Of a DNA stretch of 64,000 nt, positions 1 to 14,042 are shown in pieces. The position numbers and the translations under genes were made by a program. The first letter of the stretch is position 1, and every line of letters starts with the position of its first letter. The DNA is from Octopus bimaculoides (lineage: Eukaryota), in NCBI RefSeq assembly GCF_001194135.2, contig NC_068997.1:26777945-26841944 (forward strand). Direction: 5' to 3'. The notes under the pieces were generated by a model. That model searched no databases, was not told the origin of the DNA, and saw only the letters and a program-made list of their open reading frames with translations.

Positions 1-39
1 TTTTTTCCTTCCTCCCTGCAACCAAACCTTATTTTTCAG

Positions 40-108
40 AGAAGAGACACGAAAAACTATGCGACGTAATTATAAAATGTCTAGAAGACATTCTGGACAA
101 TTCACCAG
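40..108 (+). CDS. DMXL1/DMXL2: DMXL exon (EETRKTMRRNYKMSRRHSGQFT)
   Basis: Acceptor ttatttttcag at 39 and donor gtatct at 109. Its phase-2 end fits the next exon. Confidence 0.8.
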
Positions 109-3100
109 GTATCTCTGTAATACTCGGTTATATCCCTTTTCAGACATATATTGTTTATACACACACACACACACACTCAGATATATATGTGTTTATATGC
201 ATGCATGCATACATATTGTATATTTGTATATATTCCTAAGTATTTTAGAGTGCAAGTTGGAAATAAAGAAATTATGACGGAAACAAAAATTAACATTTTT
301 ATGTCAATATTTTGGCTTAAAAAGCCCTTTTCAAATCAAGATTGGGAGACCCTCTCATACATACATGCATGGTACTGATGTCATGTAAAATGAACCCACT
401 ACACTCTGTAAAAGTGGTTGGCATTAGGAAGGGCATCCAGCTGTAGAAGACAAGCCAAAGCAGACAATAACAGAATTTAGTGTAGTCCTGTCAAACCATC
501 CAACCCATGCCAGCATGGAAAACAGACATTAAATGATGATGGTGATAGGCTTCTCTCAGTTTCTATTTGCCAAATTTGCTCACAAAGCTGTAGATGGTCC
601 CTGGACTATAGTAGGACTATAGTAGAGGACACTTGCCCAAGGTGTCATTTCCACATAGAAGGGCTGAATCCAAAACTATGTGCTTGAGAAACAAACATAA
701 CTATGTAGACACCTGCACCATTCTCAATAATTAATTTATTAAAACACACCATCAACAACAAAGCTAACTGCCCAATTTAATGCTACCAATCTCTGAATGT
801 CACAACTTATAACTATGCAGAACAGAGCTAAGATCAGTCATTGTTTTATCTTGATGTGGGCCTTTTTTGTCAAAATATTGTAAAAAAGAGATAAAAATTA
901 TAAATCTTTGTTTGGCCTTTTGTTGTTTTTTTTTACCCTAACTTGCAATGGTGTGAAGTTGTAATTCACTTTTAACAGCATTCTACAATGCCTGTAATGA
1001 ACTACAACATATATATATTTGAGTGTGTGTGGGTGTGGGTACACACATACATGTATGTATGTATATAAATATATCTTTGAGTGTTTTATCCGAAGTGCCT
1101 GGATATAGCTTCTCTTTGAACTTGTCACCCAATGGAATATATATATATATATATATATACATATATTTATTTATTTATTTATTTGTTTATTTATTTATAA
1201 ATCCAGTTGTTAATCCAATCACAGCTCATTCATAACATGTACTTCCACTCTAACTGTTGCCCTTGATACCTACCTACCTATTGTTTTATTTAAAATGTAG
1301 TCCATTTGGCCTATTGTTTTATCCATCCTACTGCTTTTTACTCTTTATATTCATAAATCCTATTGCTTAATCAATCCCTTGGACTCAATATTTTACCAGC
1401 CATGATACTTGGTAATTTATCAGCAATGGAACTTATGGTTTTATCAGATACATTGCTGTGTTATTTATCAAATATCTCTGCTAATGTTTGGATTGTGGTT
1501 CTGTCCCAAAATAGCTGTGATTTTCCTTCCAAAGTTAAGTGTTATTTCTTGTCTAAACACCAGTTGTTATAATCCTCCTTGTAACTTAACCATCATTTCT
1601 GTATAAGCCACATCTTATTCTAACATGTCCCAAATCCTGACTCACCACTGATAAATACCCCCCCCCCCACTTCTATGACCCTGTTTTCTACTTTGTTTTA
1701 CATTTTCTATTTACTGATTAATTTTACTGGAATTGTAAACATCTTTGTGTTTGTATTATTGTTGTTATTGTTGTCATTGTTTACCATTTTGGCTTTTAAA
1801 CCAGCCATATCTGGCCCAAATGTTCTACCTATTTCATGTTCTAATTCGCCAGATCTGGCCTCTTACAATATTATTCTAAAACTAAACTTTCCCATTCATT
1901 AAAATCTCAAATCTACAAGACAATGCATGATTAATTCAAAACAATATAACTCAATAACATTATTTGAAACAGTAACCTGAATACCAAAGGGTTAACTCCA
2001 AATCTGCCCTGATCCAGTAGACCATCTTCAATTATTTTTCTCTTTCACAGATATAATACCATATATTTTTTGGCATACAAATCAATGCACACCCAGAACC
2101 ATGCTAATAGCTTAGGAGTGAAATTTAGGATTTCTTGGTTTTTCTGTGAATCAGTTTTGATAAAACTTTTCCCAGCTGGTCTTGCACACCATGGCAACAC
2201 CATTGTTGTTTTCATTATTCTGTGTAACATCCTTTCTTTTTTATTTCAAATTCTTCAGTTTTTTGGTGAACCACACTAATACTTTTTCTCCTCTCGAAGG
2301 AGAAAGGGACATGGAAAAGGTCTTAACGATGACCAAAGAAAATGCTAAAGGCACCTCTCTTCATGTCATTGCAGAGAAGTTAGGTCATCGTATGGACACA
2401 GTTAGACAATTCCTGAAGGACCCTTTGCCAGGGAAGAAGCAATCCAATTGAGGGACCTCCAAGACTGTGGCAGATAGGGATTTAAGGAATATTCTCTGCA
2501 AATTACATGGGAAACCTGGACAAACAAGCAAAGCCATTTTCACTGCCTCTGGACACCCTCATGTACCAAAATCCACTAGAAATTGCATCCTCAGGACTAT
2601 GGCTTCTGTGTGAGAATCCCTTAAACTACCCCATTCACAAGAGTTTGAAGCTTCAATAGGCCCAAAAGTATATGACATTAGACACGAGTTGTGTTCTGTT
2701 CACTGACGGTTGGGTCTATTTTGGTCTATTTTGGAGATGAGCATCACCAACATTTATAACGTCAGCAACAGGGTGGAGGAGTCATGTTGTGGGCTGGTTT
2801 CATTGGGGAGAGACTTGTTGGCCGAGTCAGGGTGCCTGAATGGGTTAAAGTAACTGCAGCTGCTTACTGCAATCTCCTGAAGGAGGTCTAGATGGCTCTT
2901 TTCATTCAAAAGCTATTAGCGTGGTTCACCCAAAAACTAAAAAATCTGAAATAGAAAAGAAAGGACATTATACAGAATAATGAGAACATAACAATGGTGT
3001 TGCTGTAGTGTGCAAACCAGCTGGGAAATGTTTTATCAAAATCGATTCACAGAAACCCAAGAAATCCTCAATTTCACTCCTAATCTATTAGCGTGGTTCT

Positions 3101-6100
3101 AGGTGTAATATATAGTGTAAATATGTTGCTTAAACATCATTATCTTTCCAAATGCCACTTCATTTTTACATGAAATTTTTGATCTTCCCAAGTCAGACAC
3201 ATTTTGGGCTGAAATTTTTAATCTGAAAATTTTCATCTGTATACCAGAAGATATGGTATATCTAGGATTATGTCCAATATGTCTTTTTTTTTAAAAAAAA
3301 AAAGATTGTTGGGTGTGATTTGAAGATTTTGTTATAGTAGCTGTATTAAAAGGGTAGGGTGAGGGCAGTGTCACCCATTGATTTGTGTTCACAATCATCA
3401 AAGATTTTAATGTCTCAAATAAAAAAAAAATGAACATTGTTATTTTCAGTCATAACATCTCTTGCCAAGCAAACAATCTGATGTCAGGATTGAACCCCCA
3501 ACGACGTCGTTTACCCAGTAGTGTATGTGAAGAGGCTGTGAACACTTCACCTTCTAAGTGGCCAGGTAAACACAATCTTTTTCACTTTACAAATCTGATA
3601 TTGGCCATTCTATTCCATGTCCCTTTTTCATTGATCATCTATGAAGAAATGTGCTGCCAGGATTTTAAATGTTGGAATTAGCTCCTTAAATTATGTAGGT
3701 TGTCAAAATATTTTTAATGGTGTTTTAGATATGTAAATGTGTTTATACGTTGAAGAGTGGTGCTCCTTGTCTAAAGTTTAACACTTTATTAATCTTAATA
3801 CTAATAGTGTTAGATATGTCAATGTATTCATATAGAGTTGTGTGTCTTGTCTAAGGTTTAACACCTTATTATTCTTAATACTGATGATGTTAGATATGTT
3901 GATGTATTTACATAGTGGTATGTTTTAGGTTTAATACTTTTGTATTCTTTATACTAATGGTCTTAGCTATCTCAGTGTATTCATACAGAGTGGTGTGTCT
4001 TGCCTAAGATTTAACATTTTAGTATTCTTAAATTATTTATGAATAATTATATCTAGTTCTATATCTAAATTACTTATGAATAAATTATATCTTAGCAATA
4101 AATTATAGAAAGTGTGCCTCTGTTGTACATGTAACTTTTTTTTTAAATATTAACTGCATGAATAAAAAGAAACACTAAAATATGTAATACCAAAAGTGAA
4201 ATAATCATTCAAGATTCTCTTTTTTGTTCTAAACTAACAGCAAAAAAGAAAACCAGCATCAAAAACTACATTTTCTACTACTTTAAAGAACTATTTCTAA
4301 TCTTTCAGGTGTGACATCTCTACGTGTCCTATTAGTTCGTGAGCGTGATGAGGAATCTCCAAGGTTAGATGTACTCTTATGTGAATCATTGGTGGCTGTC
4401 TACATGTGTCTGCTCATCAATGGCCTAGCTACTTATGATGTCCACCTACTCTATAGACTTGTAGCCCACAAGTTGGACAAGCAGACGTGGGCAGCACTGT
4501 TTGGAGGAGGTGTTAAGACTGTAATCAAAAGAAATTCTGTTCTTCTCCCCAAAGGTAAGAAACCCAATCAATCACCTATTCTCTCCTGCTTCATCAATCA
4601 TCTGTTTTCAACTTCTTTTATCATCTTTTTTTTCTCTCTTCCTTCCATTTCTAATTTCGAATCCTGTCAATGTCAATTGATATATATATTTGATCATTGT
4701 TTCTCTGACATGATTTAGCTAAAGTGTCCATCAATTTCCCGTTTAGGTCCTGTGGATGATGCCGCTAAGCATAGAATGAAAGTTCATATGAAGGCAATGG
4801 GTTCAGTAAGGAAAGATGAGAGACAAACATACGAAGAAAGATTTGTGCCGCCGGAACTAAGTATGATCACTTACTTCATGACAAAGGTAAGGCTTTCTGG
4901 CTGCAAACTTTTCTCGTTCTTCATTACAAACACTATTTATATATTTGTATTTTTTTTATTTATTTCCCACCCAGTCCTTGCTTCCCCAGAATATTGCAGC
5001 TCTTCACCCTGACAGAACTGTTGCTACTGAACTTTCAAGAATTAGTCGTAACAGTTCTGGGATGGATGTGAAGATGTTTTTTTGGGGGGTTTTTTTTGAC
5101 ACAAGAGTTATTCCCCTTGTTTCTTTTAGATTTTTTTTTTTTCAGACATTCATCTACTTCTGATGAATTTTAACTTTTTTTATTGAATAATTCACATGAT
5201 ACTCTCAGATTAATCAAACTTATTCAACTCATATTACATACATGTCACCCCATACAATTTGCTTGTCATATTAGATGGCATTTCACATAATTTATTGCAT
5301 AGAAGTTTGTCCTGTCCATGTCAGCAACTCTATAGAACAGTTTAGTCTATTTCTACTTCTTTGATATACACCTCTCTCAGACATAGTCATAGCAGCTGTG
5401 TCATTAAGAAGTTGGCTTCCCAACCACATGGTTTTGGGTTCAGTCCTACTGTGCATCACCTTGAACTAGTACTTTCTTCTATAATAACCTTAGGCCAACC
5501 AAAACCTTGAGTGGATTTGGTAGACAGAAATTGTATGAAACTGTTGTGTATGTCTTTCTGTGTGTTTCTGTCTTTGTATGTCTGTATGTATGTCTGAGAC
5601 AAAGTAATCTGGTTGTGAAAGGGTTAATAAATACTTTACTTTTCTGTGGTTATTCTACAGCCATTCCTGTCAACATCCAATTCCATCATCAGCTACGATT
5701 CTGATACATCTCTGTCAGACGAAGAAGAGGATGATATTGAGTCTCAAGAAGAAGAAGATGACAAAATATGGACTTCAGGGAGACCAACAACACTGTGAGT
5801 TTAAGGGGTTTGACCACTGCCAACTGGTCTCTGGTACCCATTCAATATCTATGTGTTTATTTCTATATCAATATCTATGTGTTTATTTCTATATCAATAT
5901 CTTTCTATATCAATATATTTCAATATCTATGTGTTTATTTTATGTAGATAGACACTAAACTGTAGTTCTTACAACTGATTTGTTTGAGAATTCTTCACTA
6001 TCTGTGTAGTATATAATCCAGTACCATCTGGTCATATTTGAGTGGCCAGTGACTGAATAGACAAAAGCCTAGTAAAGAGTTGAAGGCCAGTAACATCCAT

Positions 6101-8376
6101 ATCCTGCGGCAGAGATGGTTGATAGCAGGATTGCCAAGTCCAGTAAGACATTTGAATGTTAGTTATTTTGTTACATCAATATTTAATTCTATGCTAAGAC
6201 ATTGAGCTGGCTGAATTGTTAGCTTCATGTACAAAATACTTAATAGCATTTTGTCTGTCTCTACATTCTGTGTTCAAATTTCACAGAGAGGAACCAGTAG
6301 ATTACATCGACCCTAGTGCTTAACTGGTACTTACCTCATTGACCTCAAAAGGATAAAAGGCAAAGTCGACTGAATTTGAACTGAGGTTGACCTATCATTT
6401 CATCCTTTCGGGGTTGATAAAATAAGTACCAGTTGAACTCCGAGGTCAATGTAATCGACTTACCCCCGCCTCCAAAATTGCTGGACTTGTGCTTAATTCT
6501 GTATTGGATTGATCAAGGCCCAGAATCCTCAAAACTGAGTGAAGTGGAGAAAATAGGCAAAAAAAATATTGAGATGCTCCAACAGCAAAAATACTATGGT
6601 AAAACGCTCAACTCAATTTCACTAAAATAAGAACAATAATAAAACTGAAGTAAAGAACAAGTAATATATAGTGCAGGGGGGGAAAAAAACAAAAACGCTG
6701 TTCTGTTTATCATTATGTGGCATATTTCAACTTATTTNNNNNNNNNNNNNNNNNNNNNNNNNNNNNNNNNNNNNNNNNNNNNNNNNNNNNNNNNNNNNNN
6801 NNNNNNNNNNNNNNNNNNNNNNNNNNNNNNNNNNNNNNNNNNNNNNNNNNNNNNNNNNNNNNNNNNNNNNNNNNNNNNNNNNNNNNNNNNNNNNNNNNNN
6901 NNNNNNNNNNNNNNNNNNNNNNNNNNNNNNNNNNNNNNNNNNNNNNNNNNNNNNNNNNNNNNNNNNNNNNNNNNNNNNNNNNNNNNNNNNNNNNNNNNNN
7001 NNNNNNNNNNNNNNNNNNNNNNNNNNNNNNNNNNNNNNNNNNNNNNNNNNNNNNNNNNNNNNNNNNNNNNNNNNNNNNNNNNNNNNNNNNNNNNNNNNNN
7101 NNNNNNNNNNNNNNNNNNNNNNNNNNNNNNNNNNNNNNNNNNNNNNNNNNNNNNNNACACACACACACACACACACACATATTTGACGGGCTTCTTTCAG
7201 TTTCCATCTCCCGAATCTACTCACAAGGCTTTGGTCGGCCTGAGGCTGTAGTAGAAGGCACTTGCCCAAGCTGCCACACAGTGGGATTGAACCCAGAACC
7301 ATGTAGTTGGGAAGTAAGTTTCTCCCCACACAGCCACACCTGATGTTTTTATTATTAATATTTTTTTTTTTTTTTTTTTTTTTCTACGATTAAAATATTT
7401 ATTGAGTTGCCTTTGAAATCGATGTGATTCTGTCTTGCAGAACTTCCTGTCAGTTCTCCGTTGCTACATGCTGTTCTGAAGAATCTGGAACAATGGGAGG
7501 AAGTGTTACATAGCAAGCTAGAATTGTTCTCTGGGCCACCAGACAATTACATTCCTCACTTGATCCTGGATGTTGAAACAGGAATACCTCACACAAAATA
7601 TGAGGCTTTACTCAAACCTCATAACTCACCCTTCATGTAAGATAGTTTCTAAACTCACTGTATTTTATATATAGATGCATGTGTATTAAGTGCAAGGTGC
7701 AGGCGCAATGGCCCAGTGGTTAGGGCAGCAAATTTTGTTGTCTCTAGGGAGTGTCATCGTGCCAATATAATTAACATACTGGTTCAATTCCACTCATTTA
7801 TTAAATATCTGGGGTTTTTTTATTTGTTTTTTTTTTTGACAAAGCTCTGCTTGCTGAGAAGGTTGCAAAAAAGCAATGAAAGGGCTTTGACAAAAAATAG
7901 CAGATATTTAATAAATGAGTGGAATTGAACCAGTGTGTATGTTAATTATATTGGCATGATGACTCTCTCTAGACACAACAAAATTTACTCCTTAGTTACA
8001 TGTGTTTCAATACTATATGGTAGGTGTTTTGTGTTACAACATACTGCTTGTGATCATTGTACACCATATCATATAAGCTTAAATTAAGATTCTCCATTGA
8101 CCACGTCATCGCTTATGTTTACTATTCATTATGTTTACCATACTTCCATCTCCATCTCACATGTTGCGTCATCTCTGCTTTATATTTTCAGAAACCACCA
8201 CTCAACCTTACCCTTGAAACGTCTCTGGTTTCTCATTGTCAAAGAAGAATACCTGAAGGATGTGTTTATTCGCTACATCTTCCGGAAGAAAAGGTTTCTT
8301 GAAGATACTGAGGTGAGTATTTCTTGTCAGTGCTGGAATTGCTCTAACTTTCCTCTTCTCTCTTATGTGTGTGTGC

Positions 8377-8423
<47 letters not shown>

Positions 8424-8746
8424 TCTATATATATAGTTCAAATTTACAGAAAACAAAAGGTGAAGACATGTGTAGGAATAACAAGCTAGCAATGGTTATA
8501 ACTGAGAATCACAATCACATAAGAAGTGTCATTCATTTCTAGTCTGCTATCATTGAAACATGTTCGTCCTGGCCATGAGGGAAGCACTACTCTGCATGGA
8601 AACGTGTGAAAGTTGGTGACAGGAAAGGCAACCAGCTGAGGAAAATTTACCACAATAAATTCCCATCTGACCCATGCAAGCATGGAAAAGTCAATATTAA
8701 AACAATGACAGGAACAACAATGATGATGATGATGACAAACAAGCAT

Positions 8747-8804
<58 letters not shown>

Positions 8805-11800
8805 ACAAACACTTATGCACACTCATACAGATGGATTTCAAGAGCTTTTCTTTTTCTTTATTTCTATTTCAGATAACACTAAACTCAGGAGACAGCGAAA
8901 ACTCTGAGAAGAGTTCATCTTTGATGAAAGTTATTCACAAAGAACAAGATATCATTACAGCATTCGCTATAAATCAGGTCAGTTTCTCTTCTCACATGTT
9001 TTTCTTACCTATCACTCTATAACTTCTATTTTGTAAGATGCTTGTACATAAATATCACACAAGTTACATATCACGCACTACAATGTTACCGGGTTTCAGA
9101 CTCCTGCTGAACTTAGACTGGCTCTATCTGAACATTCAATGTCATTGTTAAAATAAATAGTCCCATCATCAAAATCTTGAAGCTATGAGATAATACGTTT
9201 ATTTATTCAAAACAATATGAATAATTAAGCATTACATGATTTACAGCCTACATGATTTGAGAACAGGATGGTTGTCCTTACCCTAAAGTTTACGACTTGA
9301 TTAGGAGTGTAGTGGTTGGGTGGTGGACCTGATATGGAGGGTAGTGAAGCAGCACCTGGGTAGAAATGTATCCATCGTCTGTGTATGAAATAAAGTCATG
9401 TATATATGTGTGTATATCCTCTATTTCAGGCCAATCCCAACTGTTTGGCATTGTCTACTCAGAAGGAAATTGTGGAATTAGATATTGGTGCCTTACTAAA
9501 TCCGCCAGCCTGGTTAGGTGATGAGAATGAGTACGACATTGAGACCTTGATCAAGTAAGTTACTCCTTCTTCTTCATTCAGCTTTTATATAACTAACTTA
9601 CTAATTAAGATCTATAACAATAGGTGTAGGTGTAGCTGTGTGGTTAAGAAGTTTGCTTCCCAACCACATGGTTTAGTTCGATTTCGATTTCACAATCTGT
9701 TTTATAATCAGAAGTAAGCTAACAACTGTCTTTTCCTGCACATTATCATTGTTATGTGTGTTTTACTTTATTTTACAGTACGACTGCTTATGGATACGAT
9801 GAATCTGACTTCGTTTTGGTTCAGACGCCGTTCGACCAGCTTCCCAATACCGCTGTATCCACTCCTGGCACACCAATGTCTTATAACTCGGCCAACACTG
9901 CAATACCAAACATACAACAATACAACTCAACTAATCGGGCTAATGTTGTAAGTAAAATCACCTTTTCTTTTTTATTTCAATAACATTATCCTAACTCCTA
10001 TATGATTTTTCTTTGTTGTTTGTTTTTTAAAACTTTTTTTTTTAAATGTTTTAAATTCTTCTTAAAAAGTATCTGACATCCATATATTCATTATAGGTGT
10101 TGTGTCTGAGAATTTTTCATTTTTGTGAGATTAATATATCTTAACCCTTTTAATTAATATATTTTAACCCTAAATGCAATAATACATTAACATTGTTTGT
10201 TTTTGTAATTAATTTTATAAATAAATCCTTACTGAGCCATTAAATGGAAGTAAACATAACAAAAGGTTCCTACATAATACCATAATAGACTGTTTTTATT
10301 TCAATATGGACATTCTCAAATAAGTTTTTTGATAGATTTAGATGGGGCATCTGGTGGATTAGCATCATAGAACCTGAGGTGGTCTAGGTTGGGTGGGCAT
10401 TGTAGAACCCGGGGTAGTCTCCAGTTGACTGATATCAAAAGTATTAATATAACTGAATCTCCCCTCTCTATGCTAACCCCTCAACTATAAATATAAAATA
10501 TTAATAATGTGTGTGTGTGTGTGTGTGTGCATGCATTTTTATTGCAAGTTGGCAGAATCATTAGAGCTTTGGACAAAATGTTTCACAGTGATTGTTCAGT
10601 CTCTTTATGTTCTGAATTCAAATCCCACTGAGGTCTGCCTTTACCTTTCATCCTTTCAAGTTCAACACTATTAACTAAGACTCTCTCCTGAAATTTATGA
10701 GCCTTGTGCCTGAATGAGAAACTTTGTTGTTTATTATAATTATTTTATGGAACTTGTGAAAGAGGAAGACATGGGACAAATTAGTGAAGGATGCTCTCGG
10801 GACTTTGAATCTTATGTAGGAGATGACAAAGAACCTGGACTCCTGGCAATATGCAGTACTTGAGAAGACATGTCCATCTTGGTGAAACAGAGGTTCTGGG
10901 AGCATAATATGAATATACACAGCTGGGCCCCTCATCCACCTCCAACTGTAGTCTTCTGCCACTGTAATTAAATGAGGCAGAACGGTATATTTTAACATCT
11001 TTTCTGTGATACCATTTATCTTTCTCACTACCCAGAACCACTTCACTTAACATCCATCCTACATCCTTGACATTGTCCCTCTTCACTCACATTTTACATT
11101 GACACCAACAAATTATCCCTCCCTCTTCATTGAATCACCTCCTGTCAACTTGTTTCTGTCACTGTATATCTCTCGCTTTTACCACACACTCTATCTCTCC
11201 AATCACACTCTTACAGCTTACCCATCAACGCATCTTCTCCCTTTCTCTCATCCTTCCCCTGTTTACTGTATCACCACTCTTCTGCTCTTCACCCAATCAG
11301 CACCTATTTTCCATTCCGTGACCTTCCCTGTAACTCCTGTGTATCATTGATCATCCCCTTTGCTATTCATCTCTTGTTCATCTCTCTTCCCTAGTCCATA
11401 TCTAATCATTATCTACTTTCCCTAACCTTCCATCTGAGTCATATTTATCATCCTCTCCCTCAACCCTTGTTCATCATTCAGTAAATTCACACCTTTACCC
11501 TATCTATAGCCAATCTTCACATTCTTCATAATCTCTTGCAGCCTCTACCCATCCTCCTTCTTCTGTCTCCAGAGCCAACCCTGACAGTTTGTTCCCAGCT
11601 TGTTCTTTTCTATCTTTCAAGCTCCACCTTTAATACTCTCGCCCATTCTTATATGATACAAGGTAGCAGTATATTTCCTCAACAACATGAAACCTTTTCT
11701 GGCTCCTTCTCTCATACGTTAACCCCTTATCCCACAACATAGAGCTGCTTCCCTCTCTACTAAAGCTCCACTTCAGTTGAAGAGGAACTTAGTCTTGCGA

Positions 11801-11989
11801 GCTACTTGGTGACCGCACTAGTACTGGTGTCATGGAAAATGCATCCCGTGTGCATTGTACAGTGGTTGATATTAAGAACAGCATCCAGCCTTAGAACTCA
11901 TTCCACAGCAGATTTTAGAGTACAATGTAGTTTCATGACCAGTTGACCTGTGAAACTATGCAATTCATGCCAACATGAAAGCTGAGATG

Positions 11990-12027
<38 letters not shown>

Positions 12028-12259
12028 CCTAACTGGCCTTCGTGCCGGTGACACATAAAAGCACCCACTACACTCTCGGAGTGGTTGGTGTTNNNNNNNN
12101 NNNNNNNNNNNNNNNNNNNNNNNNNNNNNNNNNNNNNNNNNNNNCTGCCAAATCAGATTGGAGCCTGGTTTGGCCATCTGGTTCGCCAGTCCTCAGTCAA
12201 ATCGTCCAACCCATGCTAGCATGGAAAGCGGACATTAAACAATGATGATGATATATGTA

Positions 12260-12303
<44 letters not shown>

Positions 12304-12603
12304 TAAATTTCCAAATTAGGTTGGTAGAGATATACAATCCTAGCAGGTTAATAATGCTAGCTAACCTCTGTGAGTGTAGAAAAACTCCAGTTAGTTTATT
12401 TTACTATCCTCAGTAGATCTTCACAGCAGTAACTCCACATGTCTCTATAGAGACTGCATGTTGTCAGCAGAGAAGGAATAGTAAATCAATGATAATGTGA
12501 GCAGAGATTTATATATCCAGTTTTATGGATGCAGGTGCAGAAATGGAAAGACATGATTGACTGCAAAATAAAACTAGATATATAAATCTGTTCTCCTTAT
12601 TAT

Positions 12604-12642
<39 letters not shown>

Positions 12643-13331
12643 TATACATGTATACTTAAGTCTAGTACTTATTCTATTGGTGTCTTATGCCAAATCACGT
12701 AAGTCACAAGAACATAAGCCAGTGCAGGTTGTCAAACTGTGGTAGGGGACAAACACAAAGACACACTTATATGTATGTGTGTGTGTATGTACACATTAGG
12801 CTTCTTTTAGTTTCTGTCTACCAAATCCACCCACAAGGCTTAGATTGGCCCTAGACTATAATGGAAGACACTTGCTCAAGGTGCCATGCAGTGGGCCTTA
12901 AACTGGAACCATGTGGTTGGGAGGAAAACTTCTTACCATACAGCCACTCATGCACATGAACACACACACACACACATATAGTAATAATTGGTGAAGGAAA
13001 CAAAAGATAGGTTTAATACTAGTCTTTATTAGTACAATGATCGTTTCAACTCATCCTGCAACTGTCCATTATCAGTAGGATTCTGCACAAAATCCTACCC
13101 ATAAGGGACAGTTGCAGGATGAGTCAAAATGACCATTGTACTGATGAAAGACTAGTGCCAAATCTATCTTCTATTTCTTTCATCAATTATTACTATTTAA
13201 ACTAATACTACAGAATTCCTGAAGTAGATCCAGCAGAAATATGCACCAACCATGGATGTCACCAGGTAGCCCAAACCGTGAAGTGAAGGTGCTTTACTCA
13301 ACACACTAACTGACCCATTAATTAAAAAAAT

Positions 13332-13377
<46 letters not shown>

Positions 13378-13739
13378 CAAGAGTGTTAGAGGTTGTGAAT
13401 CCAACCAACCAAGGGATAATATCTATCCAATACACTGCTGGTAGAATACCCAATTATTGATATTGTATACTAGCCACAACTCTTTATACTGTGGTCCCAA
13501 CAGTATATATTGTAACTACAATACAATATCCTCAACCTACAAAGTCGAGATTGTAATCCTTGTATTTCTTTTTCTATCCTCTCTCCCTCCTTCTCCTTCA
13601 CCCACCCTAATTGTACACCATCTGTGAAATATTGATTTATATGACAAGAATTAACTATTGATTTCTATGATGATGATTATCTACATGCACCTGTTTACTC
13701 AGAATAGCAAATAGGTCACAAGGTGTTGGATTACAAAGT

Positions 13740-13779
<40 letters not shown>

Positions 13780-14003
13780 ACACATTCTCTGACTGATGTG
13801 TGCATAACATTGTAGTGTATGTATGTGTGTGTGCATGTGTTTGATCCGGCTCCAGGCGACTTGAAGTTTTACAGGCTTCTAACAGAAATTCAGCTCATTT
13901 AGATTACTGAATCTGATTTTGGTAATCTGAGCCTAAACAAGCTAGGCTTCTCTTAGAAGCCTGCAAAACTTTAAATCTCATGGAGCCAGATCAAACTGTT
14001 TTA

Positions 14004-14042
<39 letters not shown>

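Noticed and set aside
109-3449. Donor GTATCTCT resembling a U12 5' splice site
   Set aside because: It deviates from GTATCCTT at +6/+7 and there is no CCTTAAC-like branch site near the acceptor; treated as U2.
6671-7343. Long ORF-track ORFs spanning N-runs or microsatellites (here and at 14.4, 33, 39-40, 49.4, 57.8 and 60.5 kb, plus the YIYI/CVCV/THTH ORFs)
   Set aside because: They are artefacts of N codons and dinucleotide repeats, not genes.
12380-12420. CTGAGGA box on the minus strand in a TA-flanked repeat
   Set aside because: The GAAA box and stem II are too degenerate to call a ribozyme.
13105-13160. GAAA-like and CTGATGA boxes in the palindromic MITE suggesting a hammerhead
   Set aside because: The order and spacing leave no room for stems I and III, so no valid topology can be drawn.
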